Below, piece by piece: positions 1 through 10,510 of a DNA stretch of 64,000 bases. Numbering within the stretch: position 1 is the first letter of the stretch; each line of letters starts with the position of its first letter. The stretch lies in the NCBI GenBank assembly GCA_030324005.1, contig JARDVH010000059.1:53318786-53382785 (forward strand), in the 5' to 3' direction. The position numbers were made by a program, and so were the translations under genes. The DNA is from Negaprion brevirostris. Its lineage: Eukaryota. The notes beneath the pieces are model-generated. The model worked only from the letters and a program-made list of their open reading frames with translations. It searched no databases and was not told the DNA's origin.

Positions 1-174
1 GGTACTGTGCCAAAAGTATTCTACCTGCCATATTATAAAAACAAAAGTAAAGGTGTCCAGAGCCATGCATGAAACAGCCATTGGGTCATTTTCACACAGG
101 GGGCCCCCAATGTCTGTTTCAAAAGTCTCTTCCTTGAATTGCTCATCCAAATGCAGCTGACATTAGGTCTTTTG
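1..174. repeat. Direct repeat copy 1 (partner 1073-1245); truncated by the window edge
   Basis: First 77 nt identical to 1073 onward; the remainder is near-identical. Confidence 0.95.
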
Positions 175-477
175 GAGTAAACAAGTTATTCCTTAATTTA
201 TTGTCCAAGTATTCCAGACAATTAAGCTCCTCTGTAGAAAAGATGTAAACATCTTTAAGAAATTTTAGTCCAAAATGTAAAGGCTTTCATTCACTTCTCC
301 ACATGTGGCTAATTTTGTGTTTTTCTTCCAGTTGTTGGCATCTGTTCACACCACTACAACAGTGAGGCTGTTAATTTCATAAAATGGACCAATTTTGTAG
401 CCTGCAATTGTAGTTTTTTTTAAAAACTTCAACAGCTGTTTAATTACAGTGATGTAGCAGAGTGCAAAGACTTCGTT

Positions 478-765
478 AATGTTTATTAATGTCACAAGTA
501 GGCTTACATTAACAATGCAATTAAGTTATTGTAAAAACCCTTCGTCGTCACACTCCAGCACCTGTTTGGGTACATTGAGGGAGAATTTAGCATGGCCAGT
601 GCACCTCACCAGCACGTCTTTCAGGAAGGAAACCAGAGCACCTGGAAGAAACCCATGCAGACACAGGGAGAACATGCAGATTCCACACAGTGACCCAAGA
701 CGGGAATTGAATCCGGGTCCCTGGTGCTGAGGCAGCAGTCCTAACTACTGTGCCACCATGCCGCC
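478..765 (-). mobile_element. tRNA-derived SINE (HE1-like head)
   Basis: Minus strand reads ggcggcatggtggcacagtagttagg (A box) ... ggattcaattccc (B box), then body gttctccctgtgtctgcatgggtttc shared with the copies at 26.7 and 30.3 kb. Confidence 0.85.
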
Positions 766-1072
766 CTGTTTTCATTTAAGAAAATCTGTTTCAAATATGT
801 GGGTGAGAGCTTCAGCTGGAATAGCATGATCGACATATAAACTGTTCATAGGTTAATATCCTATTTTATCCAGTGTTTTGTGCATTTTGGCTTTGAAAGC
901 TGAATTAACTGAAGGAAAGCCTTTGTTATAAATTATGATTATGACAAATGGGTGGGTTATGAATTCCTATTGTTGCTGGAAGCACTTAACTGAAGTGAAG
1001 CTTTCAAGAATAATGGTCTTTTGACTATGCAGCTGTTTTGTAGGTGTGAATGGGCATCCAATCACTCAGTAT

Positions 1073-1245
1073 GGTACTGTGCCAAAAGTATTCTACCTGC
1101 CATATTATAAAAACAAAAGTAAAGGTGTCCAGAGCCATGCATGAAACAGGCATTGGGTCATTTACACACAGGGGACCCCAATGCCTGTTTCAAAAGTCTC
1201 TTCCTTGAATTGCTCATCCAAATCCAAAAGACATTAGGTCTTTTG
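1073..1245. repeat. Direct repeat copy 2 (partner 1-174), containing perfect hairpins
   Basis: Direct alignment by eye to 1-174. Confidence 0.95.
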
Positions 1246-1393
1246 CTTTTAGGATATGCCATCTAACTGGCAGTCCTTAAAGGGATTTCTGGAAACCATT
1301 ACCAGAATGGTAATGTTTAAAAGAAATATTTTACATGAACGTGAAGTCAGGTAAAATACTCCTCTTCCTTTTCCAAGCAGATCCAAAGATCAG

Positions 1394-2185
1394 TCCCAGT
1401 TCCTATTTTTCCATCTACTCAAATGCATTGCGATTTTGAATATGGCAAAGTTTGTGCAGGAAACCTTGTTTGGCCACAAACACCTCAGGTAGTGGTCCCC
1501 ATGATAATAACTCTCAAATCTTGTGAGGAAAAGTGATGGTGGATCCTATCGATGGTTTCCAAAATCAAAATTATTTGACAAGAGTGCCTCTTCACCAAAA
1601 CATTCAAACAAGCACCTAGATTTAACTTAGCTGGTGATGTGAAGGGCCATTCCAATCAGATTCATAATCACACCGAGTCTTAGCACCACTGTATGCAACT
1701 CTTGAGGTGGCTGCAGTGTGGAAGAGATGGTCATCCACCTTCTTCTAGAATGGACCTTTACAAAAAAGATCTGATAAAAGATATAGTAGATTTTTCAAGA
1801 TCCATCCAGAACAGCTCTGAAAGGCAGGACTCTGTGCATTACAGGCTGTCCTTGGGTATATAATCCAAGACTAACCAAGTGCTGCTGGCAGACTATCAAA
1901 TTGGTGAAAGATATTCATTGCACTAGAAGAGCAACAGGTTTAATGCAGACAAAAGAGCTGTCCATGACCCAGTATTCCAGGTTGGCACAGTCCATGGTCT
2001 GGGACAACGTGCTGAGGGAGGCACTGAACTTCGAGTAGCTTCCACACAGGCTTAATGGGAAAAGGCTACAGACTAAGGTACTCATTCATCCTGAGTTGCT
2101 TGTGTTCAAACAAGATTTCCTGTGCAAACTTTGCCATGTTCGAAATCGGAATGCATTTGAGTAGATGGAAAAGTGAGAACTGGGA
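1394..2185. repeat. 96-bp inverted repeat, arms 1394-1489 and 2090-2185
   Basis: Manual alignment gives 83/96 complementary positions with no indels; longest perfect run 23 bp (ttttccatctactcaaatgcatt). Confidence 0.95.
1440..2076 (+). mobile_element. Tx1/L1-clade LINE ORF2 C-terminal relic (zf-RVT zinc knuckle region), many stops and frameshifts
   Basis: Fragments translate as KFVQETLFGHKHLR*WS, GGCSVEEMVIHLLLEW (C-x-EE-x-x-HLL-x-C knuckle), QDSVHYRL, CCWQTIKLVKD and terminal WEKATD* at 2076. Confidence 0.75.
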
Positions 2186-2879
2186 ATTCTTGCCATGGTA
2201 TAACAAAAGGCTGCAACCTGTGGAAAGTCCCTCAGGTTATAAGTACTGGCAAATGTTTGACATGAAGTGTACATTATAAATTGAATACGTAATTGTAGAT
2301 GTAGTGAGGCATTTCAGACTAACATACTAAATTGAAAGAAACTGAAATAATATTGCACTCCATTTGAACTGATATGTAATGTACTTTTACAATATTTGCA
2401 AATAAAGTGCAGTGTTTTGAATAATTCCTCCTCTCCTCCAACCTCTTTTCATTTCTCCTCTCTCCACGGCCTTCCCATCTCCTGCTGGTAATGCAAATTT
2501 AAATCCATTTTTTTCAGTGATCTGCCTGGGGCTGGACAGCAGGCATCTGCAGCTTATTATGATCTTGGTCAAGTTCTGTAGCTTCTTGGTAAAGGAAATC
2601 TGAAATCCTAGTCATTTACTGAAAGAATGAAGTCACAAGATCTCATCGTTTAAAATGGAAGAATTATTTCTATTCTAAAATACAGAATCAACATAATTTA
2701 AACATGAATTAACAAGCAAATTGCAGTCAATTCTGAACTATAAATTACACATTAAATGGCAGGTACAACTAAACCAGATTTTACAAATTGGTATGGCAGT
2801 CTATTCAGCATACATGGCATAAATTTCACATAGTCCTTATAATCTTTTTTCCTTACAAAAGTATTTCAGCTCTTCTTCT

Positions 2880-3400
2880 AGGATACAACCAACCTGAATT
2901 CTGTGGTCTTCACCACAAATGGCACATCTCTGCAGAATCTCCTCAATTCAGCTTACAGATGGTCTGGATGATGTGGATCCACTGGTGTTATCTTCAAATA
3001 ACAGAGAAAGTTGCAGCAATTGTATATTTGCCCATTCTGACCTTCTGGATCTAGCCTCAGTCTTAAAACAAAGAACAACCCAGCACGGGAAACAGGCCCT
3101 TTGGCCCAACGAGCCCGCGCCACCGCATCTTCCTACACCTACTTCAGCCTGCCTGTGCTGCATTATTGGGATTGTCTTCTGAGCTCTGATGGCTGTTTGT
3201 TTTTATATACGGTTTAACCAGTTTCAGCCTTCCCAGAAATTTTGGTTTCCATTCTTAGTTTCAGCTTCAGTTTCCTTATAAACAGGCAAGGCCAGTTTGC
3301 CTTTTCAATTCGGGTTTGTCTCAAAAAATGTCAAACTTTGAAACCACAGATTCCAGCATAAGTTCACTTGATGCATTTAAATGAAGTATGAGGCCCCATA
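2880..3400 (-). mobile_element. LTR-like repeat fragment, homologous to 6590-7700 in the opposite orientation; interrupted by a short CR1/SINE tail at about 3065-3125
   Basis: Reverse complement shares aatctgtggttt, tgaaactRagaWtggaaaccaaaa, tatataaaa...agccatcagag and ctgttatttRaaRataaca blocks with the 6.6-7.4 kb copy. Confidence 0.65.
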
Positions 3401-3814
3401 TTAGATGTGGTTTGGTCTATCCATCCTGAATAGGAATCATTCATGCTCCTAACTTTACCCCTTATAATCCAGACCAAGGGGGTCCTGAGGCGCTGCCAAG
3501 GCTGTTGGTATTTCAAGATTAGCCACAATTCATTGTTTTCCTATTTACCAAAGAAAAAGTTGACCATAACCACCAGGGGAGAAAAAACATTAAGCTTGAA
3601 ACTGTGGCTAAATCTGTTGCTCTGGTCAAAGCATGTCATTTGTTATTTTAAATAGAAAAAGATGCCAGGGGAATAATTTATTAAGATTTCAATACTAATG
3701 AATTGATGGCATAACAGGAATGGACCAGTGTGTTTTTTAAGTTAGTCCATAACCTGCTTACAAGTGATGCAAGCCTCTGAACTGAATACAGTGCATTTTG
3801 GATAGTTTATCCAT

Positions 3815-3900
3815 GTATCACCTGATGAAGGAACAGGGCTTTGAAAGCTTGTAATTCCAAACAAACTTGTTGGACTTTAACCTGGTGTTGTGAGACTCCT
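3815..3900 (+). mobile_element. Short Penelope-type repeat with a degenerate hammerhead-like core
   Basis: cacCTGATGAaggaacagggcttTGAAAgcttg, followed by tccaa...ttgga and aacctggtgttg. Confidence 0.6.
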
Positions 3901-4544
3901 TGCATGTGTCAGAAAGCCAACTTTTCCTCCTTGTCTACAAACGTAATAGAAACTTAGTGTTTTATTTAAGGAGGAAAACAAGCTGTCCTACCATTCTCCC
4001 CAGTATGGGAGTTGTTAAATTCCATTTGATTAAGTTCTTAAAGAGCTTAAACATTATGCAGACTGTCATCCTTGTGCACACACAAATCGTAAGGACAATT
4101 CAATCCACGAACATTGTTCCAGAAATCTTTCTCTGACTGACCGATGGTCATGAAGAAACTTGACTGGACTTCAAAAGGCAAAGATTGATTCGCAACATTC
4201 CAAGATAACCCTTAGTTAAATGCTATAATAGCCCTGCTTTTCAATAATACAGCAGTATTCAAAAAGCAATGGACTCAGACTGTCGACAGAAAATATCTAT
4301 CAGTAGGGCCTAGTTATAAATACCACCATTAAATAAAACTATTCAACATAGTTAAAGCTGGATTTTCATTCTCAAGGCAGAATAAAGTGCCTGAAAATTT
4401 CATCGGATTTCCATTTCTGGGGTGGGTGTGGTTGCGGGCTGCAGTCAGAGCAGGCGACCATGAAAAGAGTTCGGAGGCAGCCAGAGAGCCCGCTGGTTGC
4501 CAAAGCTGACTGTGAAAGGTTCTGCCTCAGTCCTGTAGGACTTT

Positions 4545-4805
4545 GAACATAAGAACATAAGAAATAGGTGCAGGAGTAGGCCATCTAGCCCTTCAAGCCT
4601 GCCCTGCCATTCAATAAGATCATGGCTGATCTGTCGTGGCTCAGTTNNNNNNNNNNNNNNNNNNNNNNNNNNNNNNNNNNNNNNNNNNNNNNNNNNNNNN
4701 NNNNNNNNNNNNNNNNNNNNNNNNNNNNNNNNNNNNNNNNNNNNNNAAGGACCCCGAGGTCCCTCTGCACCGTCGCCTGCTGCAGTTTTTCGCCACGTAA
4801 GTAAA
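4545..4805 (-). mobile_element. CR1 LINE 3' end spanning an assembly gap
   Basis: gaacataa tail repeats; minus-strand QRDLGVL motif right of the gap. Confidence 0.8.
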
Positions 4806-6589
4806 CTTTGCCCAGTTATAATAAAAATAGTAAGGCCATATAGCCTTCATTCATTTGCCCCTCACATGTCCCCATGCCCATCTGTCATACACCTCTACCC
4901 ACCCCACCATGTTCCCTCATACCCCCATGCCAAACTATGCCCCTCCATGGATTCCCACGGCAAGCTATGTCCTCATCTACCCCCATGTAAAGCTCTTCAT
5001 CCTCTGCATTGAGCCAATGAGCCCTATTTTGATAATAGGTTGTGTTAAAAAGCTTTAAATCTTCCTTCATAACTTTACATTTTCTAAAGAAAAATTCATT
5101 TCACTGCAAGCCAATAAAAATGGCATGCATCCAGACTAGTTAAAATATTAGTAGGTGAAACTGCAAACACTTGAAACTTCCTTATCTTGCATAAGTAAAC
5201 ATCTGGCAATTAACAAATTGTGGGTGGGCACAGGTTGTCATAGCAGTATGATATAGCATGGGGCATTGGTTTGTACTTTTGAACATGCCTTTTAGAGGTT
5301 TTCCTCGTCCAGACTGTAGTTACACAACATCTCTGAAGCTCTGTGAACAATAACTCTTTGAAAAGCTGACTCTGTGCACATGAGGAGGATGAGGACATGC
5401 CTATACCCGCAATGCAGCTGACTGAGTTAGGATTGTAGGATGAGGGCTCACATCCAGCATACACCTTACACAGCGCTCTTAAATATCAGAAACCCCAGGG
5501 ATAGGATCGAGAATCAAATGGCCCATCATTATCATCNNNNNNNNNNNNNNNNNNNNNNNNNNNNNNNNNNNNNNNNNNNNNNNNNNNNNNNNNNNNNNNN
5601 NNNNNNNNNNNNNNNNNNNNNNNNNNNNNNNNNNNNNNNNNNNNNNNNNNNNNNNNNNNNNNNNNNNNNNNNNNNNNNNNNNNNNNNNNNNNNNNNNNNN
5701 NNNNNNNNNNNNNNNNNNNNNNNNNNNNNNNNNNNNNNNNNNNNNNNNNNNNNNNNNNNNNNNNNNNNNNNNNNNNNNNNNNNNNNNNNNNNNNNNNNNN
5801 NNNNNNNNNNNNNNNNNNNNNNNNNNNNNNNNNNNNNNNNNNNNNNNNNNNNNNNNNNNNNNNNNNNNNNNNNNNNNNNNNNNNNNNNNNNNNNNNNNNN
5901 NNNNNNNNNNNNNNNNNNNNNNNNNNNNNNNNNNNNNNNNNNNNNNNNNNNNNNNNNNNNNNNNNNNNNNNNNNNNNNNNNNNNNNNNNNNNNNNNNNNN
6001 NNNNNNNNNNNNNNNNNNNNNNNNNNNNNNNNNNNNNNNNNNNNNNNNNNNNNNNNNNNNNNNNNNNNNNNNNNNNNNNNNNNNNNNNNNNNNNNNNNNN
6101 NNNNNNNNNNNNNNNNNNNNNNNNNNNNNNNNNNNNNNNNNNNNNNNNNNNNNNNNNNNNNNTGAGCAGATTGTGATGTGTAAGGTGCAGTTTCATACAA
6201 GGTAAACTGATTTGCGCAAGACCCTCAAGCCAGGAAGCCCAGCCTTGCTAATATTAAGCACCATCAGTGGGTTTTTTCGGGTTGGCATTCCTCAGAGAAC
6301 TGAGGGTGGGAAATAGAAAAAAAAAAATCACTGAACTCGATCTCAAGCGGAAAGAGGGAGGAACATTTATTGGAAGTCCCTTTCTGATTAGGGATCCCCT
6401 TTCCTTATGGACTAAACACTTTCAGACTTCCCTCCCCCGACACTGGCTAGCCATCTGAAAAGTTCAAGCATTGTTTTTATTAAATTACCACAATTTGATA
6501 TTTGAAACAACTGAGTCCTCTCTATCTACTCACCTTGCTATATATTGAAGGAATAGAAAACTGCAGCTTTCATGAAATGGTGTAGCAAG

Positions 6590-7700
6590 TATGATTGAAT
6601 CTGTGGTTTTAAAGCTTGTATTTTTAAGACAGAACCTAATTGAAAAGAGAAACTATAAAAGGAAACTGAGAATGGGAGCTGACCTTCCCAGTTTCTAAGG
6701 AAACAAAGACTGAAACTGAGATTGGAAACCAAAACATTTGGTCAGATCTATATAAAAGGAGGCAGAGCCATCAGAGTTAGTTGACGATAAGTCTGGTTGT
6801 GCAATACAGGCAAAGTGAAGACAGAGGCTGAATACAGAAGCTGAAAATGAGCAAAGATATAGGGGGACAATTCCCCCACTAATTTCTTAATTTCCTGGGG
6901 GTGAGTGAAGGGGGGATAAGATCGGGGCTGCGTGAGGGGCCATCAAAGCTGGGCCTGGGCATGCATGTGGGGCCAGTGGTCAGGCTATGGTGGGGGAGTA
7001 GGGCTGGCTAGTGATCGAGCTGGCTAACAATCAGGAGATCAGTAGTGTGGGGCCATTGCGCATGCGCCAGTCTCGGCGCTGACAGATCGCTGCATGCACA
7101 GTGGCTCATTCAGCACTACACTACCGGCCTCTCGAGCGGGGTTAGGCCCCGTCCCCTGAATTGCAACATGATTCATGCTGAGATACGCTGCAGTGCACAG
7201 AGTGTGGGAAATTCCTTTTTGAAACTCCCACTGAAAAGAAAGTTTTCAGGCAAACTCAACATTTAGAACTTTTTTTTGGGAGCATTCTGGCCATAGTTGC
7301 TGCAGCTGCTTCTGTTATTTAAAAATAACATTGGATCTATGCCATCCAGAATGTTGTAAGCAGGGTTGAGAAGGTTCTGCCACTTTTGCTGAAGACCGCG
7401 CCCATGGAAATTGGGTTAGCTGTGCACTGCTGTTGCAGACTGAGCATCAAAGTTAATCTTCAAAGAAGGGGAGCTGAAATCCTTTGTGAGGAAGACAGCA
7501 TTTGGAAGGACTTTGTGATTTGAGGTTGATTACATACATGCTAAGTGGACTGCCGAGCCAGTTTGTAAGATCTGTCTTGGGTACAATTGCTATTTCATGT
7601 GTAATTTATAATCAGCCACAGTTTACTGTTCATTTGTGTTTGACTTTGTGTCGATTTTGGATTTTACATTTCAGCTGTTTATCTAAGATAGGGCTGGATT
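6590..7700 (+). mobile_element. LTR-like repeat with a nested GC-rich MITE-like insertion at about 6862-7293
   Basis: Homology to 2880-3400 resumes on both sides of the insertion; TATA-like tatataaaa near 6749. Confidence 0.6.
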
Positions 7701-8394
7701 ACCAGCCACATGTTTCTCAATGATATGCTGTTCACTGGCAGCAGGATTCTCTGGTTCTGCCGCTGTCAATGGAATTTCCCATTGAAGCCACCCCACACCT
7801 CTGGGAAACCTGCAGGTGGGAGTGCGCTGCTGGATGGACCAGAGAATTGTGTTGGCATGAACAGCCGGAGAATTCCGGCCATAGTATTTGGTGTTTGTTT
7901 TCTTTGACTAAAGGTAAAAAAAATTCTTCTGATTGAACCATAAATAACTAGAATTTTGGTTTTCTTCTTTTTACTCTGGATCACAACTATGTGCATAGTT
8001 ACATCTGGATAGCTGGGTGAGTCATGACATACCCAGTCAGCACCCAGGTTGACACAAATTTGAGCTGCGTGAATGCCAAACATAAGAAATTCAACAGGTG
8101 TTTGTTGAACCATGTATTCTGAAGGTGAAAGCTCAGTTTTCAGATAAATAGACTTGGTAGCAAACTTTGGCTAATCAATTTTTGATTGACATCTTCCTCT
8201 AAGAGTAATTTCTACATGCAAGTAGTGTTTTATTGACAGATTGTGAAGCAGGTAGCCTGAATAATGTGGAAATCCTAACCATTTCTTAATTCCAATTTTG
8301 TTTTAAATGTACATAATATAAATAAACTTACAATCCAACAGGAGTGCTGCAGTCAACATAGTAAAGCAAACAATAGGGTTAAGTTTACAGCACA

Positions 8395-8750
8395 GCTATG
8401 ACATTTCAAGTGCTTATCTAAATATTTCTTAAATGTTGAGGTCTCCAGCCTTGACCACTCTTTCAGATGGTGAGTTCCAGATTCCCACTTGATTTTCCTC
8501 AAACTCCCGCTAACTCTCCTGCAGCTTACCTTAAATCTATGCTGTTTAGTTATTGACCCCACTACTAAGTTGAAATACTTCTTATCCATCCTGTCTATGT
8601 TCCTTAAAATTTTATACATCTCAATCAGATTCCTCCTCACCCTTTTCTGTTCTAACAAAGACAACTCAAGCCTAACGAGCTTCTCTTCATCGCTGAAATG
8701 CTCCGACCTGGGCAACATCCTGGTGAATCTCCTCTGCACCCTTTCTAGTG
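8395..8750 (-). mobile_element. CR1 LINE ORF2 3' relic
   Basis: QRRFTRMLP...EEKLVRLELSLLEQKRVRRNLIEMYKILR is the typical CR1 ORF2 C-terminus. Confidence 0.85.
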
Positions 8751-9679
8751 CAAAAGAGCCTTTTCAATTTCTTAAAAAGATATGATCTAAGGAATGTAAA
8801 TGCTTTACTGGCCTCAATTTGACGTTTGTTTGAAGCTTAAGTTGCTGGTGCTTCTTGTTTGGTTTCATTAGGTATATTTGCTGCAGATTTACATGAATCT
8901 ATTTTTTGTCTATTTAAAATATATCAAAGGCAAATATAATGACAATATTTATTACATTCATATTTCATTTATTTAAAAATATTCGTGGTTATTAGTGATT
9001 TGCTGTGATCTGAAATCTTTGGTCTTTGCACCATAAGTTGAAGCTCCCAGGAACTTCCGTTGGCACCATTGGCACTTATGATTCTTTAAAACTTTACGTT
9101 TACTATGCAATATGTATTATGTTTTGTATGTATTTTGATTTTGTTTTGAGTAGAAAGCTTGTTCCTTAAAAGTGTTACCAAATCATTTGCTTTCTTAAGC
9201 ATTCTTAAAAACTCTTGATTTCCTTTCCAATTTGCAGTCAGGACTGATTTTTTTCCCCCTGTGTTTCTTTCCTCAAAGAACACAAACAAATGGTTAGAAT
9301 CTGACTGAATCATGAGAGGTCAGAGAGGGTGGTAAAACACAAATAATGAAAATGGGAAACTTGTAAACGATCCCGTCTTCTTTCTGAACCTCAGAATCTC
9401 AGGTCCATGGAATTGTTAGCTTGTTGGAGGTACCATTTTTTTTCAGACAAAACATTAAACCTGTTCATACAAAAATTGAAGGCACTATTTGAAGTGAAAT
9501 AGATAAGATTTCCTAGCAACCTGGCCAAAATTCATCTCTCAACTATCACTCAAGCCAATTACCTGATTATTTGTGGGACCTTGATATGAGCCAAATTATT
9601 CAATTACATAAAAACAGAGATGCCACTTCAAGTATCTTTGGACATCCTGAGGAAATAAAAAACCCCATAAAATACAATA

Positions 9680-10090
9680 AAAACATAAAAAAAAGGAGCA
9701 GTAGGCCATCTAGCCCTTCGAGCCTGCCCTGCCATTCAACAAGATCATGGCTGATCTGAAGTGGATCAGTTCCACTNNNNNNNNNNAGCCAAAGCCCTTA
9801 CAGCTCACACAAAAACAAAAACAAACTTACCTGCTCTCACTCAGAGCCCTTCTCTCTCTCTCTCTTTTTTAGGTTAGAGGAGGAGGGAGGGGTGGGATAC
9901 TCTACCTGTGTAGAGTATCAGGATTGCTCCCTGCTCCAATTTATGGTAAGGTTAAAAAAAAACTCTACCCAAGTGTCTTTGCAACACCTTCCGGTTTCCA
10001 GTACAAAATTTTTTTAAAAACTAGTAAAGTTAGTTTTAAACATCGCTCTACTCACCCACAAGCTCTCCTCTCGCAAATTGCTGCCTCTCT
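9680..10090 (-). mobile_element. CR1 LINE: 3' tail (9680-9776) and probable 5'UTR (9787-10090) flanking a 10-N gap
   Basis: Tail nearly identical to 4570-4635; the right side resembles recalled shark CR1 5' leader sequence. Confidence 0.55.
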
Positions 10091-10239
10091 TCAGTGATCC
10101 CAAGGAACAATGAAAGGAACATAAATGCGAGGTAGTGACCATCTCCAACAAACCTCTGCTCTCTAGAATCTAACAAAAGCTTTGAACCTGATAGCAACCC
10201 TTTTGTTTCAAGACACTTTATACAACAATAGAAAGGGAT

Positions 10240-10510
10240 GCTGCCCTTAAAGATTGAGGTGATAGGAATCATGTGCTTGGAAGGTGATATTGAAGGAGGA
10301 TTGGCATGTTGCTGCATCGCATTGCATTGCAGGTAGTGCACATTGTTCTCAAAATGCACCGGTAGTGGAGGAAATAACTCTTTAACATGGTGGATGAGGT
10401 GCTGATCAAATAGGCTACTTTGTTGTGCTTGGTGTTGAATTTCTTGAATTTTACTGAAACTGCACTCATCTGGGCAAATGGAGGAATGACTCCAACAACC
10501 ATCATCCCCA
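10240..10510 (-). mobile_element. LINE RT fragment, same family as 18480-19200 and 57570-58230
   Basis: gagtcattcctccatttgcccagatgagtgcag and acaaagtagcctatttgatcagcacctcatccacc resemble the 3' ORF2 of this family. Confidence 0.6.

Noticed and set aside
1044-1144. Possible terminal exon after ttttgtag (VNGHPITQYGTVPKVFYLPYYKNKSKGVQSHA*)
   Set aside because: No recognisable homology and no linked upstream exon; it lies within the duplicated segment.
5440-6200. Long ORFs in the track here and at 28476-29104, 30548-31118 and 58239-58608
   Set aside because: They read through N gaps and are assembly artefacts.
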